From: Raillietiella orientalis
Taxonomy: Eukaryota
Reading direction: 5' to 3'
Length of the DNA stretch: 64,000 nucleotides
Assembly (NCBI GenBank): GCA_036172245.1
Contig: JAYWIR010000011.1
Location: 3,224,001 to 3,288,000, forward strand
Program-made: the position numbers and the translations under genes
Notes under the pieces: generated by a model
The model's database searches: none
What the model saw: the letters and a program-made list of their open reading frames with translations, nothing else
What the model was told of the DNA's origin: nothing
Shown here: positions 49,041 to 61,600 of the stretch, one piece after another
Numbering within the stretch: position 1 is the stretch's first letter
Layout: every line of letters starts with the position of its first letter

Positions 49041-51399
49041 CTTTTCCGAAGGGCGTCTACTCCTAGGGCACGCCGAGAGATGGCGCGCTCGGCCGCCCCG
49101 ATGCGGCGGATGCGGGAAGCCGGTAGAAAGTGAAAGCGCCTACTGGCGCCCGTCGGACGAACCTGCTTCTCTCCGGTCGTTTTTGCGCGGGGGAGGCCGG
49201 TGATCGCGTGGGGTGCCACTTGGATGGCCAAGAGCTCGTGGTGGAGGACGGAAGGCACTGACCAGCAAAAAGAAAAGGGGGGGGGGGAGAGGAGGGAAAG
49301 AAGGAGAGAAAAAAAAAAAAAAAGGAAAAAGAACGAAAACGGAATCTTCGAGTGGGACATGGCGATCTGCAGGAAAAGGAGGTCCCACGAAAGAAGGTGT
49401 CCTTCGGCTGGAGAGAGTTTCCCCCTCTCTCTATGTGCAAGAAAAAGTAGAAGGAGGAGGTGGAAAGAAAAAAAGAAGAAAAACACATAAGGGGGAAACA
49501 GGAAAAAAATAGAGAAGGCACCACGTCTCCGAGTAGCGCATTTCCTTTCTTCTTGATGTCTTCCCGCTCCCCCGCCACCACCCGCGCGTAGTTTTTATTT
49601 ATGCTTTTTTTCATACTCGGTCCAGCTCGACGGGAAAAGCTGGCCCGCGCGGGCGAAGCGTGCGCGCGCGCACACACACTTTCTACGGAGAGGCGCGAGT
49701 TCTGGCGTCGCTCGTCCGGACTACTTTTGCGTGTGGGTCTTTGTTCGAGCAGTGAAAGTGCCGGGCGCCTCTCCGAAAGGAAAAGTGGAAGTACTGCTTC
49801 GGTGGCGCCACTCCGAGCGAGGCGATCCCGGCGGGGGAAGGAGCACGTGCGAACAAGAAGGGAGGAGTCGAAGGGCGGACGCTCGCAATGCGCGCGACGG
49901 ACTACTCGGTGGTGAGGCGAGTGGAAGGCCAGTGATGTGGGGCCTCCGAGACATGACTGGATACCGGGCGCCTTCGCCTCTGTGAGGGCGTAGGCGACCT
50001 GGACCTGAGACTGGCTGAACCCAAGAGGCCTCAGGCTTCGCCTGTTTTCATTCCAAAGAGACAGCTCATCTTTTCGGAGTTACCCTTCGACCCTCCCCCT
50101 ACTCCAGGTCATCCAGTGCTCACGGCGGATAATGCAGAGGTTCCTCTGGTCATTCTGTGTTCTTCAAGTCGGCTCAAGGACAAAAGAAATAAAATCTATC
50201 TCTCTTGGAAGCAGCGCTTGCTTCTGGTGATCAATCGACTCATCCTCTCCGCTTCCTAAAGGTTCCTCCTCCTTTAGGAGGAAACAGATATTCAGAATCC
50301 AACTGTTCTTGAAGATTTTGGCCTCCATAACCTTTGTCTTGCTGAGCATCATGTGGGTCAGCACTCTTACGTCAAGACTCGTTTCCGTCATTGATCTGTT
50401 CTCCTGTTCTACCACATCCACTTTACATGGGCGGGGAATCTCTAAAAGGTTCTCTAAAAGACCTGCAGCACCTTCTCCAACCTCGTCTTCGCAAGCAGCG
50501 AGATGTGACTCAGCACATCCCTCATACGTGCGAGAACTTTCTCGCCGAAGAACAAACCAGGAAACCGTTGAACTCACAAGGCTGTTCGGCGATCTAATCC
50601 CTGTCAGAGTAGGGAAGGGGGAGGGGGTACGGAGGTCCAATTTCCTTAAAAAAGGTCAGAAGCGATTACAGTTCCAGCGTCCGCTTGAAATCCCGAGCTC
50701 AGCCTCCCTTGATAAACTGTGGCAGTGAACTCTCATCTTGTCTCGGGACAGCAGCCGCCGCTCTACGAGCCCTTCTCATCAAGATTATTGCGGAACCCAA
50801 TGTCTGCGGCTCCCTAGCTTGAGCTAAGGAACCGTAGATTAGCTTGGGGAGGGGGGAAACCGATTGGTAAATTTCAGGTGCTTCAGTAACCTTTGGTAGG
50901 CTTCCCTCTTTCATGTCCGATCCAGGAAAGCGAACTTCCCTGGCATGGTGAATCCTCTGAGCAACGAAGACGTCATTGCATCGACGTTCAGACCTCTGTT
51001 TTTGACAGCAACTCTTTGCCTGCGGGCCCTGCCGCGTGCAGTTGACCTGCTACCACCGCGATATTGCCGGAGAAGCTCAGCAGCAGAACAGCAGCGTTTT
51101 CGCTCTTCCTCTCGTCACCAAGTCGTTTTCGCACGTGCTGCAAGTCCGTCTGCCATAACCGTAACGGCTTACCCCCCTGGGCCACTCAGGGGAGCCAGGG
51201 AAGTTGGCGAAAAAAAAAAAATTCTCATCCTTCCTCCTCCCCCTGAAGCTCGGACGTGGTGTTGTCTCCTAGGTACCTTGTTAGGAAGCCGCGCCTCCTT
51301 CAGTGCGCGAGAAGACCTCGGTTTGGCTCCACGCTTCAGGCGGGGACCAGTGATTTGCTCGTATCCTGACCATCTGCCCTCCTCTCCCCCCCTCCTCCC

Positions 51400-52600
51400 A
51401 ACCGGTCACTTCCAGTTTAGCCAAAGCGAAAGGACGCCCGAAGGCGCACGTCACACGGTTCGCGTCGAAGTTCAAGGTTTGCAGGCGCTTCTTCGAGGGG
51501 AACCAGCCAAAAGCCCCCAAAAACAAGCAGCAGCTTTGCCTTTGCACGTCTTCTCTCCTCTTGCGCGATGACTCTGAGTTCCTCACTCGGGTAGTTTTGC
51601 TGACTAACCATAGCAATTCTTGCAACACAGAGGAGGGCCTGTTTTCACCGACTCCGCCCTCGGGCTCCTTGTTGACCGTTTTTTGCTGGGTGCTACGGAT
51701 CCAATAATCCGTTCTCCAGCAAACCTGCCCGTCGCTGTAGGTTCTGCAGGCGGACGGTGTCCGGTTCTCTCCGCGATCGTTCCGCGCCTCCTCTTCTATA
51801 GCATTCTATCGAGCTTCTTCCGACCGCTTCTTTTCCTCGCGCGTAGGGAAGAAAATTTTGCTAAGGGAGGAGGAGGCGAGCCGCGATTTCCTAGGATGCT
51901 TTGGTGTCGCTCCTTGGCCTTTTCTTCCTGCTTCGGTGAGATTAGCTCTTTCAAAGGAAAGAGCAGGAAGAGGGGCAGGAACAAAGGTGATGCTCGTTCT
52001 GTTAGAGAGACCGCAGATCTCCCCGGAGCCAAGGGAACTCCTGGTTCTTGGACAGAGCTGGAGCTTGCTGCATGCGAGGCGGTAAAAGCATTGTGCCAGG
52101 TAACTTTCACGTCCAGTGCAGTCGCCATGAAAGTGGTGCCGTGAGATTCTTAAAAAGTTAAAGGCATTGCGGTCAGGGCATGAAAAAAGACAAAAAATGA
52201 ACATCGGATGTGGATGGATACGGCAAGGATATGTCGACTGGATGCTGAGCTCCTGGCTTGGAAGATCTCCCAGACGTACTCAGGGAATTGACACACTGTA
52301 GCTTTAAATCGAGAGTGAACTCCATGGGCAACACTGGCACGAAGAGGAATGCGATTCTTTTTCCCTCCTTGGTAAAATGATTGGTGGGAAGTTCCTTTTC
52401 CACCTCAGGATTAAACTCCTGGATGAAAGAGTTGAAAATCTTTTCGGTGCTTTTTCTGAATACCCTGATGGGTAGCTCGAGGTCTTGGCACAGAACGGAA
52501 TCTTGCATTCTTCCTGCCGAAGGTTCCTCTCTCGGTCCTTCTTCGGACGGTGACTTCTCGGTCTACAATATGGAGCTGAGTGACACCTGTAGAGGGCAGA
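51400..52600 (-). mobile_element. Decayed non-LTR retrotransposon (LINE) RT region
   Basis: In RT order on the - strand: KIFNSFIQEFNPEVEKE..TKEGK (LFNxxLxxGxxPxxWK..KKGK), ALDVKVTWH (AFDxVWH), GVP..SPLFLPLFLLF (GVPQG..SPLLFLLF), EDVQRQSCCLFLGAF (LExVQRxAxRxIxGAF). Frameshifted. Confidence 0.4.
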
Positions 52601-55600
52601 GCGAGTTCTTCGAACCGCCATCATGGTTGCAAAGGATCCTATGGAACAAGGCACAGTGCGCTGAGGACGTAGCGAAAGCAGTGATTCGAGTTTCGAGAAC
52701 GAGACCAAGTGCTTAGCGGTGCAGCGTCATGCCCTACTCCTGGAATGAGAGCGCCGTACTCTCCAGCAGTAAAGGCGTCAGCTAGAAATCAGAAAACGAG
52801 AATGGATAAACTGCGTTCGTTTTCTAGGCATTCCTTGCATAGCCCGAAGTGTGTTCGCCTTCCAGAACGCGAGATCACCAGCTTCTGGAACCTGAGCACT
52901 TGTCGCGAATATCACGACGGACCCTCTCGGAAGAACGTTGCTGGCTCCTCCGTTTTCCGCCGGATGTGGTGCCCATTAGCGATGCTTGCGCGGGATTCCG
53001 TAGGGGAGCGCATCTCCGTTTTTCGGTCTGTTTCTTCTCTCAGGGATCATCGCTTCGGTGCTCAACGCGACGCCGCGGCATCCTCTTGGTTCTCCGAGTT
53101 TTCCGATAGCGGTCCATTGAGACTCCACCACCATCGCCCTCTGGAGTGCCGCAAGCAGGAATGGGATCACAAGACTCCTCGCCTGCGTCCAGGAATGAGA
53201 AACCCAGACTGCAGTTCGTCCCCGCAGAGAATAAACTGAATGTTCACGTGCGGGTTCTTGGAGAGGGGACTTACGGCGGCTCATGCACCACTTGCCAAGA
53301 AAAGTCAGCTTTCGCTGCTTGTCTTAGGCATGCGAAGCGGCTGAGTCCATGCGTAGGGGTACTTGCTGCTTTCACAGCTCCACAGGTGTCTTCACGTTGT
53401 GGGCTTCGACCTCAGGGGTATCTTCAGCGCCTCAAAGGGCGCGGCAGCATCGGAGGTCCCGAATAGCAGGGTAGGTTTGCATTCGCTGCTAGGAGGCGAG
53501 GTGATCTCCAAAGCAGAGAACTGTCAAGGGAGTCACGCGTAAGATGAGGACTGGCTCGGGAACGACGAAGCTGCGAGAAGGCTACACGCTCCTGCACACA
53601 GAGAACAAATCGTCCCTCAGCCAAGCCTTTGGTCCCCCAGCCCGCGCACGCCTTCAGTTTGTGGGAGGGTGACCAGGGAGCGCTCGAGCAGGGTCAATGA
53701 AGTGAGTAGCAGCGCAGAAGCTGTGGGCACCTCTTCAGGTGCCGACGATCCAAGCACCACTCTCGAGGTTTGTCACTTTCTAGCGCGGTTGTGCAGCGCA
53801 ATGCACTGCCATCTTGAGGACGCCTCGTGTACGTGAGTGATCCGCACGAAGGGTCTCCTCCCTCCACTGCACAGTCTCGTGTCAGTGTGCGCCTCCATCT
53901 CAAGTGAGCAAGAAGGAGCATACGAGCCTGTGCAGAGTATCGTACGGGGCGCACACGTGTACGTGGGAGCGGAACGATCCGCGAATATGCAACTTGTGTA
54001 CACGTTTGTTTACACCGCAATTTTGCATCAGCAGCAGCCAGGACGGACGCATGGACGGCGGGTGCTTGCAATTAGGGAAACACGCGAGAGCACGGGCGTG
54101 GTCAGTGGGCGGGTGTCGACAAGGATCCATGCGAATCGGTTACCATATATACTGCCGCATCTGGAATTGTACACATAAGTGTACGTAGGGGATTGCTGCC
54201 CGCTCGTGTGGCACGAGGGGTAGAAGGCCTCCGGAAGGAGAACCGTGCGTCGCGGAGGAGCAGCTGCGCTTTCGTCGCCGATGCGTGAGTCCGCCCGCCT
54301 TCCGCGTCCAGCGCCTTCGGTTTCGGCTGCTAGAATGGGGTGCCGGAGTGTGGGGAGGATGAGCCCAGGGCAGATAAGACTCCTGATCACCTCTCGGCCT
54401 ATCGGGAACCCGCAGCGAAGATGGGTCCCACTCGCAGCGAGTTTCCGGGAAGTTCTGACGACGCTCCCTCGCGGGCGGCTGAGTGAGGGTGAGGGTGGGA
54501 AAGGGGAAAAGCAGGAACGAGAGAATGGGGAGGGGGAAGAAATCCCTACTGAGAGTGCGTGGCGCTGGTGTCGAGAGTGGTGGAGGCTCCGAGTTTCCGG
54601 GAGGTCCGTGGATCGCCCACTTCACTCCCCGTTCCATTCCGAAGCGACCTTTCCAGTGCACCGTTTGCAAGTGCTTGGCGTCCTTTGGAAGGGGACCACC
54701 AGAGTCCTGTGGAACCTTTTCCTGGGGCTCCAGACGCTCTTTTGCGAGAGGGGGAGGCGAGGGGCAGGAAGAGGCACCCGAAGCGATCCGAGCTGCCGTG
54801 CTCCAGGAATCTTGAGGAATTCTAAGCATGAAATTTGTGGCCGGAAGCCAGGAATTTCATCCAGAAGGATGCGCGCGAGCAACCATTGTGGCCCACGGTT
54901 CTTTAGGACACGAGAAGCCTGCAGGAAACGGATCGCCTTCGGCGTGGACTCTGAGGGGGAGGGTTGCGCATGCTGCGGCAGATGAAAAGAAACCTTCGCT
55001 AGGTGGCTGCGAGGAGCTTGCGATCTCGCACCGAGCTCTGCGTTTCCTCCCCTTCCCCCCCCTTTGCCTCCCCCTCAAGAAGAGACGTGGACTGCGCATG
55101 GACGGAGTGGAGGCGAAGCGACGCACCCTTGGGGGAAGAGGAACGAACGGAGGGGTCGCCATGAGCGCAGGGGGAGGGATACAACCAAGAAACGGAGGAA
55201 AGATATTCTTGAGGAACTCTTTTCGCTCGCGGCCCCCATCTACCCCTTCTCGTGGTCGACGCGTCATCCTGTCCCGTGGAGGCCATCGCGTTCCCGAGGT
55301 ACAACCTCCGAAACGGAGGAGGGAGTTCCGAGACGACCTTTTAGCTGCAGGGAGAGCTTGAGGAAAGCTCAGAAGCCGTTCGAGAGAACCACTCCACTTG
55401 ACTAATCCTCCAGTTCGCAGGGGAAATGGAAGATGGGTCGCCTGCCTGTCCTCAGATATGATGACAACGAGGGAAGGTGGTCTCCGCTCTTCGGCAAGGC
55501 GCCAAGTCAGCCAAGGCAGAGGGAAGTCGGGGCCTGCTTCTCAAATGCAGCTTCCCTCTCAAAACCCTGATACTCAGGTAGGCCGGCCACTTCGGAAGCC

Positions 55601-58600
55601 GAGCGGAATCTCTCAGTGAGGTGGACTCGAGGGTACAGCAGCGCGGCTCGGCTCGGAGACTGCGGCAACGCAGAAGGGAGAAAGGGGACCACGAGGTAGT
55701 GGCCTGCCTTGAACCGCTTTCCTTCGTGGTGAATGGGGCCTCTGCCATGGAGGGTTCGCGAAGAGGGCAGAAACCGTTGGCGGGAGGGAGATGGATCTCC
55801 AGAAGCCCGTCGCACTGGTGTTGGAACCAGAACGAGGAGAAAGAAAGGGAAAAGAAACGCAGTAGTCACCAGAGATTTCAACCTGCGTTCCTCATAGTCG
55901 CCTCCAGACTCCTCAGCTGACGGTCGAGCGAGCAACGGCAGCCTCCTCTATGCGTTCCTCCACTACTCGGGCGAGAGTTACCAAGCAATCCCGGAAAACG
56001 GGGCGCAGGTAGAATCTCCTTATCCCACCGCGCGCGAGAGGGCGCGACCTCTTCTGCTGGTGGCTGCTGGCGATCGCAGCAGGTCGTAGAGCTTCTGACG
56101 CCATTTCCCGTTCACGCACGAGCTTGAAATCTCTGGCGCCCTCTGGCGCAGTCCCCGCGACCTCAGTCAACACCCTTTGCTCTGCTGCTCTGCGTCATAC
56201 GTCTCGGATCCGCTTGCACTCTGTCTTCCGCACTGCGTGGGTGGGTGGGGTTCCGTATCAGCTGCGAGCCTGCCAATCGCTCGTGCGAGAACGTGGGGTG
56301 CAATCTCTCTCAACCGGCTCCCTCTGGTTCTTTCCCACAGGCCGAGAGCGATCCACACGAGCCAAACATGGATTCAAGTTTGGGGAGAGGGAAGAGGAAA
56401 CGAAGGTGGAAGGTGGGAAGTCGCTTAGACGTACGCCGTTCGGTCTCCATGCAGACCCCTGTCGAGAGAGACCGAGGGCATTGCTGAGGCCTTCTGCTCT
56501 GCGAGGAGACCCACTCTCGCCGTCATACTCCCGATGCGAAAGAGCGTCTAAGAGCGTCCCTCCCCTCCCGTGGGCCTCCTGCGGATCAGCAGGCCCGGCG
56601 TCTCGAATCACACCTCCTGTCCGCACGGACGGGGCAGCGTGCCAGCCAGTTGCTGTGAGCCTTTGCGGCATCTGTCGAACTGAGTCGTTCTCTAGGACAG
56701 GCAGAAGAAGAAAGAGTAGAAGAATGGGAGGGAGGGGGGAGACGCAAATGGCGGAAGATTCACGGTCTGACATCCATATTCAGGAAATCACAGAATGCGG
56801 CTGGATATCGATAAGCAAAGACAATTCCAGGGTGTCTTTTCATCTAGCTGGTGGGTTGACGTTATTCGCAGAATTCAGTTCCCGGCTTTGCTCGGACCAT
56901 CGGAAGGAAAATGCAAGCCTGTCCACATGCGGAGCGCAACAGGCGAAGACCAATGAAGATTCGCGCGCGCGCGCGCACAGAGATTAGCGCACGAGCCCGA
57001 AGAGTCTTTGTGAACACAGGAATCCGTGCTCATTGGCATTGTCTGGGGAAAATCAGCTTGTTTTTTGTTTGCCTTCCTGGTTTTGCGAATGTTTCGCTTC
57101 GGACTTGCGTGGTGGTGCACTCGAAAAAAAAAAAAGCAGCGGCACAGGAGATGGTAAGCAAGCTATGCAGGTTCTTAGTGGTCGCCCTGGGGCCGCAGGT
57201 AGCAGCGCATTCCTGATGAGTTTGCGCATGGAATTTTCAATGACTCCCCCCCCACATCTCCAGTCTAACCTACAAACCTTCGAAGCACCCACGTACACGT
57301 TGCCCATGGTCCTCAGTTGAGTACTTAGGAAACCGCGAACGCGTTGTTGCCAAAGTGTCCTTCCCTAAGAGTTGCCCTCGCTTTTTGATGGTACCCAGTT
57401 GTGACCAAGCCGAGTGCAGATTAAGCACTTTGGTTAACTTCATGACACGCAAAAAAATGAGGGCACAACCATCTTCCCCTTCTTCGCCTCCCGTGGCCTT
57501 TCTCTGCCGATCGTCGCGAAATTTCGAGACAAGGAACCGTGGACGAAGCGTTTTCTGGACTGCTTGTAGCTGCTGTGAGAGAGGAAGGCTGGAAGCACCT
57601 GCGCGGATAAGAGCGCGTGAGCTCTGATCGAAGCGGAGGAAAATATCTGGGAATCGGTTTCCGTCACGTATTCCTCTTGGTAGCTTTCCTTGTCCCAACC
57701 TTCGAAACCAGTCGTGCCTCGGTGAGTTTCGATACGCTTCCGTCCGTTCGAGCGATCGCGACACCATTGAGATTTCGTTCTTCGGGTAATATCTGACCTT
57801 TAGAGACTAACGACTGTGACAAAGAGCCTCTCGTTGATCGAAAGGATCAGCGGTATCCATGAAAATGAAACGAAATGGACAGAGAATGAGAAGAAATGCT
57901 TCGGAAAGGAGGAAGACCTTGTGGATACCACTCACGCCCCAAGAGCAACCGGAGGTTAAATGGAAAGCTCTTGGAGAGTCAAGGGGGACAAGCCGTTCTG
58001 CTGCTGCGAATCATCGCATAACGGTGCTGGCATGAGATGATTAACCGGAAAACGAAATCATTAGCGGATGCGAGAACCTCGAACGGCCATCCGAGGACGG
58101 CAGTTGCACTCCTCGGGTGACCCAAGAGTGCACCTGCAGTTGTCGTCGGAAAGAAGAACGCTCCTCCGCCTCTCGACACTTGGAATGGGCCACATAGTCA
58201 GACCAGGAAGCTGAAACGGTGTGGCATGCCTTCCAGACAGAAGCCACCGCGCCGCCTACGCTCGCGGCTGCGGTTTGGGATGTGCTCGACCACAGATTCT
58301 GCAATCCTTGGTAGGCTGCAGTTCGCGGAGGAACGGACAGTCGGGGGGAGAACCGACAGAAAGAGAGCGCATCTTCTCTTAGAAACCTGCTCCTTGTCTC
58401 CGTGAAAGCTTCTGGAGTGGATTCCAAGTTACGAACGCTCCCGTGAAGTACAATGGCGCCCGCCAAGTCACCAACTCGGATGAGCTCTTTCTGCAGGGAG
58501 GTTTGGCGCTGAAGGATGAAGCAAGAGGACGCTGCTTTCTTTCATTGGTTGCATCCATCATTTTGAAAAGAAAGGAGGAGGAATGGTCGGATTTGCGAAC

Positions 58601-61600
58601 AGCTCGTGGCCTGCTTTGCCGACCCAACGGGGTCCTCAGTCAGGCGAATTTTCGGTTCGGCGAAGATGCGAGTGGGCGCGCACCAAAAACATGAAAGCCA
58701 AGGAACGGACGACGGAGACCTGTTCAGTGGCTCCGTTTTCATCCGGCGGAACCCTCCAAGAGCCGATACCATTAGTCCCCATTCGTGGTGGAATCAATCT
58801 TTTCTCCTGCATCTCCGTGGGCAGTAGAGCAGTCATCGATCCGGAAGCAGTTTCGCGACTAGCCGCTAGAGTGCGCAACATCTTTCGCACACCCACGGCG
58901 CTGAAGTCGCACTTCGTAAAAAAAAAAAAAAAAAAAAAAAAAACGTATTTTCGCGGATACGTCCTATCTTGATGTGAGATGCACTCGCGCCGCATCTTGG
59001 AAAATGCACCTGGAGAGAAAGCATCCCCCGTCTGCGCAAGGAGAATTCCCGGAAATCTGCACACGCTTGTTCCTACAGGACAGGAGCGCTTCTTCTATGG
59101 CCTGTCCTCACCTTCCCCGCCGAACACACAGCGTCTTGCGCTCTCGGAAGGACCAGCCCTGGCTGGTTCGGCGCGCCTCATGGTCCAGCTTGGGCTAGCG
59201 TGGACGCTCCGCCAGCAACGGCAGCGGCAGCTTCAGATTGCCTCTCGCGCGCGCCGAAGACTCGGTGGGTGGGTTGGTGCGTCCTTAAGGAATATGGTGC
59301 CTCGGGAATCTTGGGGAACCTTCCCGTCCTTCACTTAGAAGAAGTTGCTGGGTATAGGATTAGATAGAAAGGGTATGGCCTGGAAGGGGGGAACGGAAGG
59401 CGGCCTCCGCTACGGGCTCGCTGCCTAAGGGAGGCGGGGAGGGGAACGCAGCAGCAGCCGACCGCAAGTCTCGCTCACTGCCGCCGTCTGTCTGGTGCAG
59501 CAGCTTTCCTCCACCTCACCCCTTCCCGTGGAAGATGGTTTGCCTCCTCCGCTTTCGAGATGCACGCGCAGAAGATGCGCAGCTTCCTTCTTTCGAAATC
59601 TCGGGAAGGACGAAGCCCCTCCCAAAGGTCTCTGCCACAACCTTGGGCACGCTCGTGCGTGCGAGGCGGCAGCGGCAGCGGCGGCGGCGGCGGCGATCGC
59701 CCGGTAGTGACTCGGCCTGTTGGCGACGGGGATGCGCGCGCAGCGCGAACCCGCGGCGAGTCAGACAAAGAAGAAGGTCGCCGCCAGGTGCGCGCGGACC
59801 GAAGGGGGGAGACGCAGGGAAGGATCCCTGGAGGCGAGGCCGCAGACTGACCACGTGAGCGCGCACACCTTGCCATCCTCCCCCCCCCTCGCTTCTCCCC
59901 CTTGCGCCCTCCGGCCCCGTGCTGCTCTCTCCCTTCTCTCGGCGTCGGTTATCCTCCCATTCCCCTTCGCTCCAGAGAGAAGCGAAGAAACGGCCGATGG
60001 AGAGGAAGGAAGGGAAATACCAGACCAGGATCACCTGTCGTCCGGGTACCACCCAACAGCTGCGCACCTGACCGGGAACCTCCGAAACTCCGCGAAACTG
60101 AACATTTCCCGAAATGCTCCTCCCTCCTCCTTCTGTCGCTCTGCCTGGAGGAAAGAGAGGGTCTGTCCAGAAGTGAGCGATGGCGGGGGGAGCGGGCGGA
60201 CGGGAGATCCCGGCCGGACGAAGGAGCTCCTTCCGCAGGCTGTTGGCACTCTTCCATCAGGGGAAGGGTGGCCCCATTGAAAGCGGTCCCGGAGGAAGGC
60301 CTTTTTCGACCCTATCGCCCGTTCCTTCTCCCTCTCCGCGTTGTCCGGCGCGTGGATGGGATCTGCCGCACGCAGTCCTCGCAGATCGGGGAAGGGGGAA
60401 GGGGGGGGGGAGGAACAACCACTTGGGTTGAAGGGGTTGAGGGGAGTAGGAGTGGCAGTGGACGTCTCCGGCGTACTGCGAAAGGTCCGCGGGCCATGCG
60501 GGGGAGGGTGGGTGGTGGCGGTGGTAGACGCTCCCTCGCGTGCGCGCACGTTCTCACCGTCGTCCACCGCCGCCACCATGCGCGAGCCACTCGTAGTAGC
60601 CACGCCACCGCCCGTTCCCCTTACCTTTCTTGCGTGTGTGGGGGCCGCACAGCCGCCGCCGCTGCCGCTGCCGCCGCCGCCTCCTCCTCCGCCGCTGCCG
60701 CTTCCTCTCGCTAGGACCGTCACCGGCGCTCAGAGAGACGGACGGGCATCACGCCCGGCATAGTGGGTCAACACTCGGCTGGTCATAGTGCCAGGGCCTT
60801 TTGCCAAATCTGACTTTAAACGTGTTCCGCCGGCCGCACCTCTTTAAGCGCTCGTCCGCTCTCTTGCTGCGCTCTTTGGCCTTGGACTCCTGGACCACTA
60901 AGAATTAAGCTGCTGGCCTTAGTTATCACCTGCCTCGATTATAAAAAGATGAAAGCACCATCCCGAGCTCCGCTTCCCTGCCTCCGTGGAGCATCGCCCG
61001 GCAACAGGCGGCAGGCCACCATGTTCTGTCCCGCCCCGTCCACGTACCCCCTCTACCACCACCACCCATCCATGTCAACGATGCGCGCGTTTATCTCTCG
61101 GTATCTCTTCTTTCTCCTTTCCCCCTCACCTCCTGTTTTTTTGTTTCGAATTTTCCGCTGGTTTTCTTGCCCCCCTTCCCCTCCTTCCCTCCCCTCCGCC
61201 GCTGACTTGCCTTCCCCCTTACCCCTCCGCTCCTCGCACGTGCGCATGTCGTGTGTGCGTGCTAAGGAGGGATACACTTGGGTGCGGACCGCATGCGCAG
61301 GCCGTTCACGCTCACGCTCGTTGCCCTAGAGAGGCGTCCCCGACGCAGTCACTGGGCCGGGGAGGATCATGCCGCTCCATCTCCCGTGCGAAAACCCTGG
61401 AGGCACCGGCGGCCTCGGGTCAGGCGGTCGAAAATGGGGGTCCTCCAACGCGGAGAGCCGCCTCTGGGGAGTAGAGAGCTGCATGCGCGCCTCCAGGAGA
61501 GCCTCCCCCCATCCCAGAAAAGCTGCATCCTCTGGACTCGCGAGAGGACCCGTCACGGGAGGGAGCGCAGCCCTCCATGGTGTCTGCAGCGCTCGAGCGC

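Noticed and set aside
58550..59120. Second LINE RT remnant on the + strand
   Set aside because: Only vague motif resemblance (LHTLVPTGQERFFYG); cannot be supported by eye.
60940..60946. TATAAAA as a promoter
   Set aside because: No supportable downstream gene within the window.
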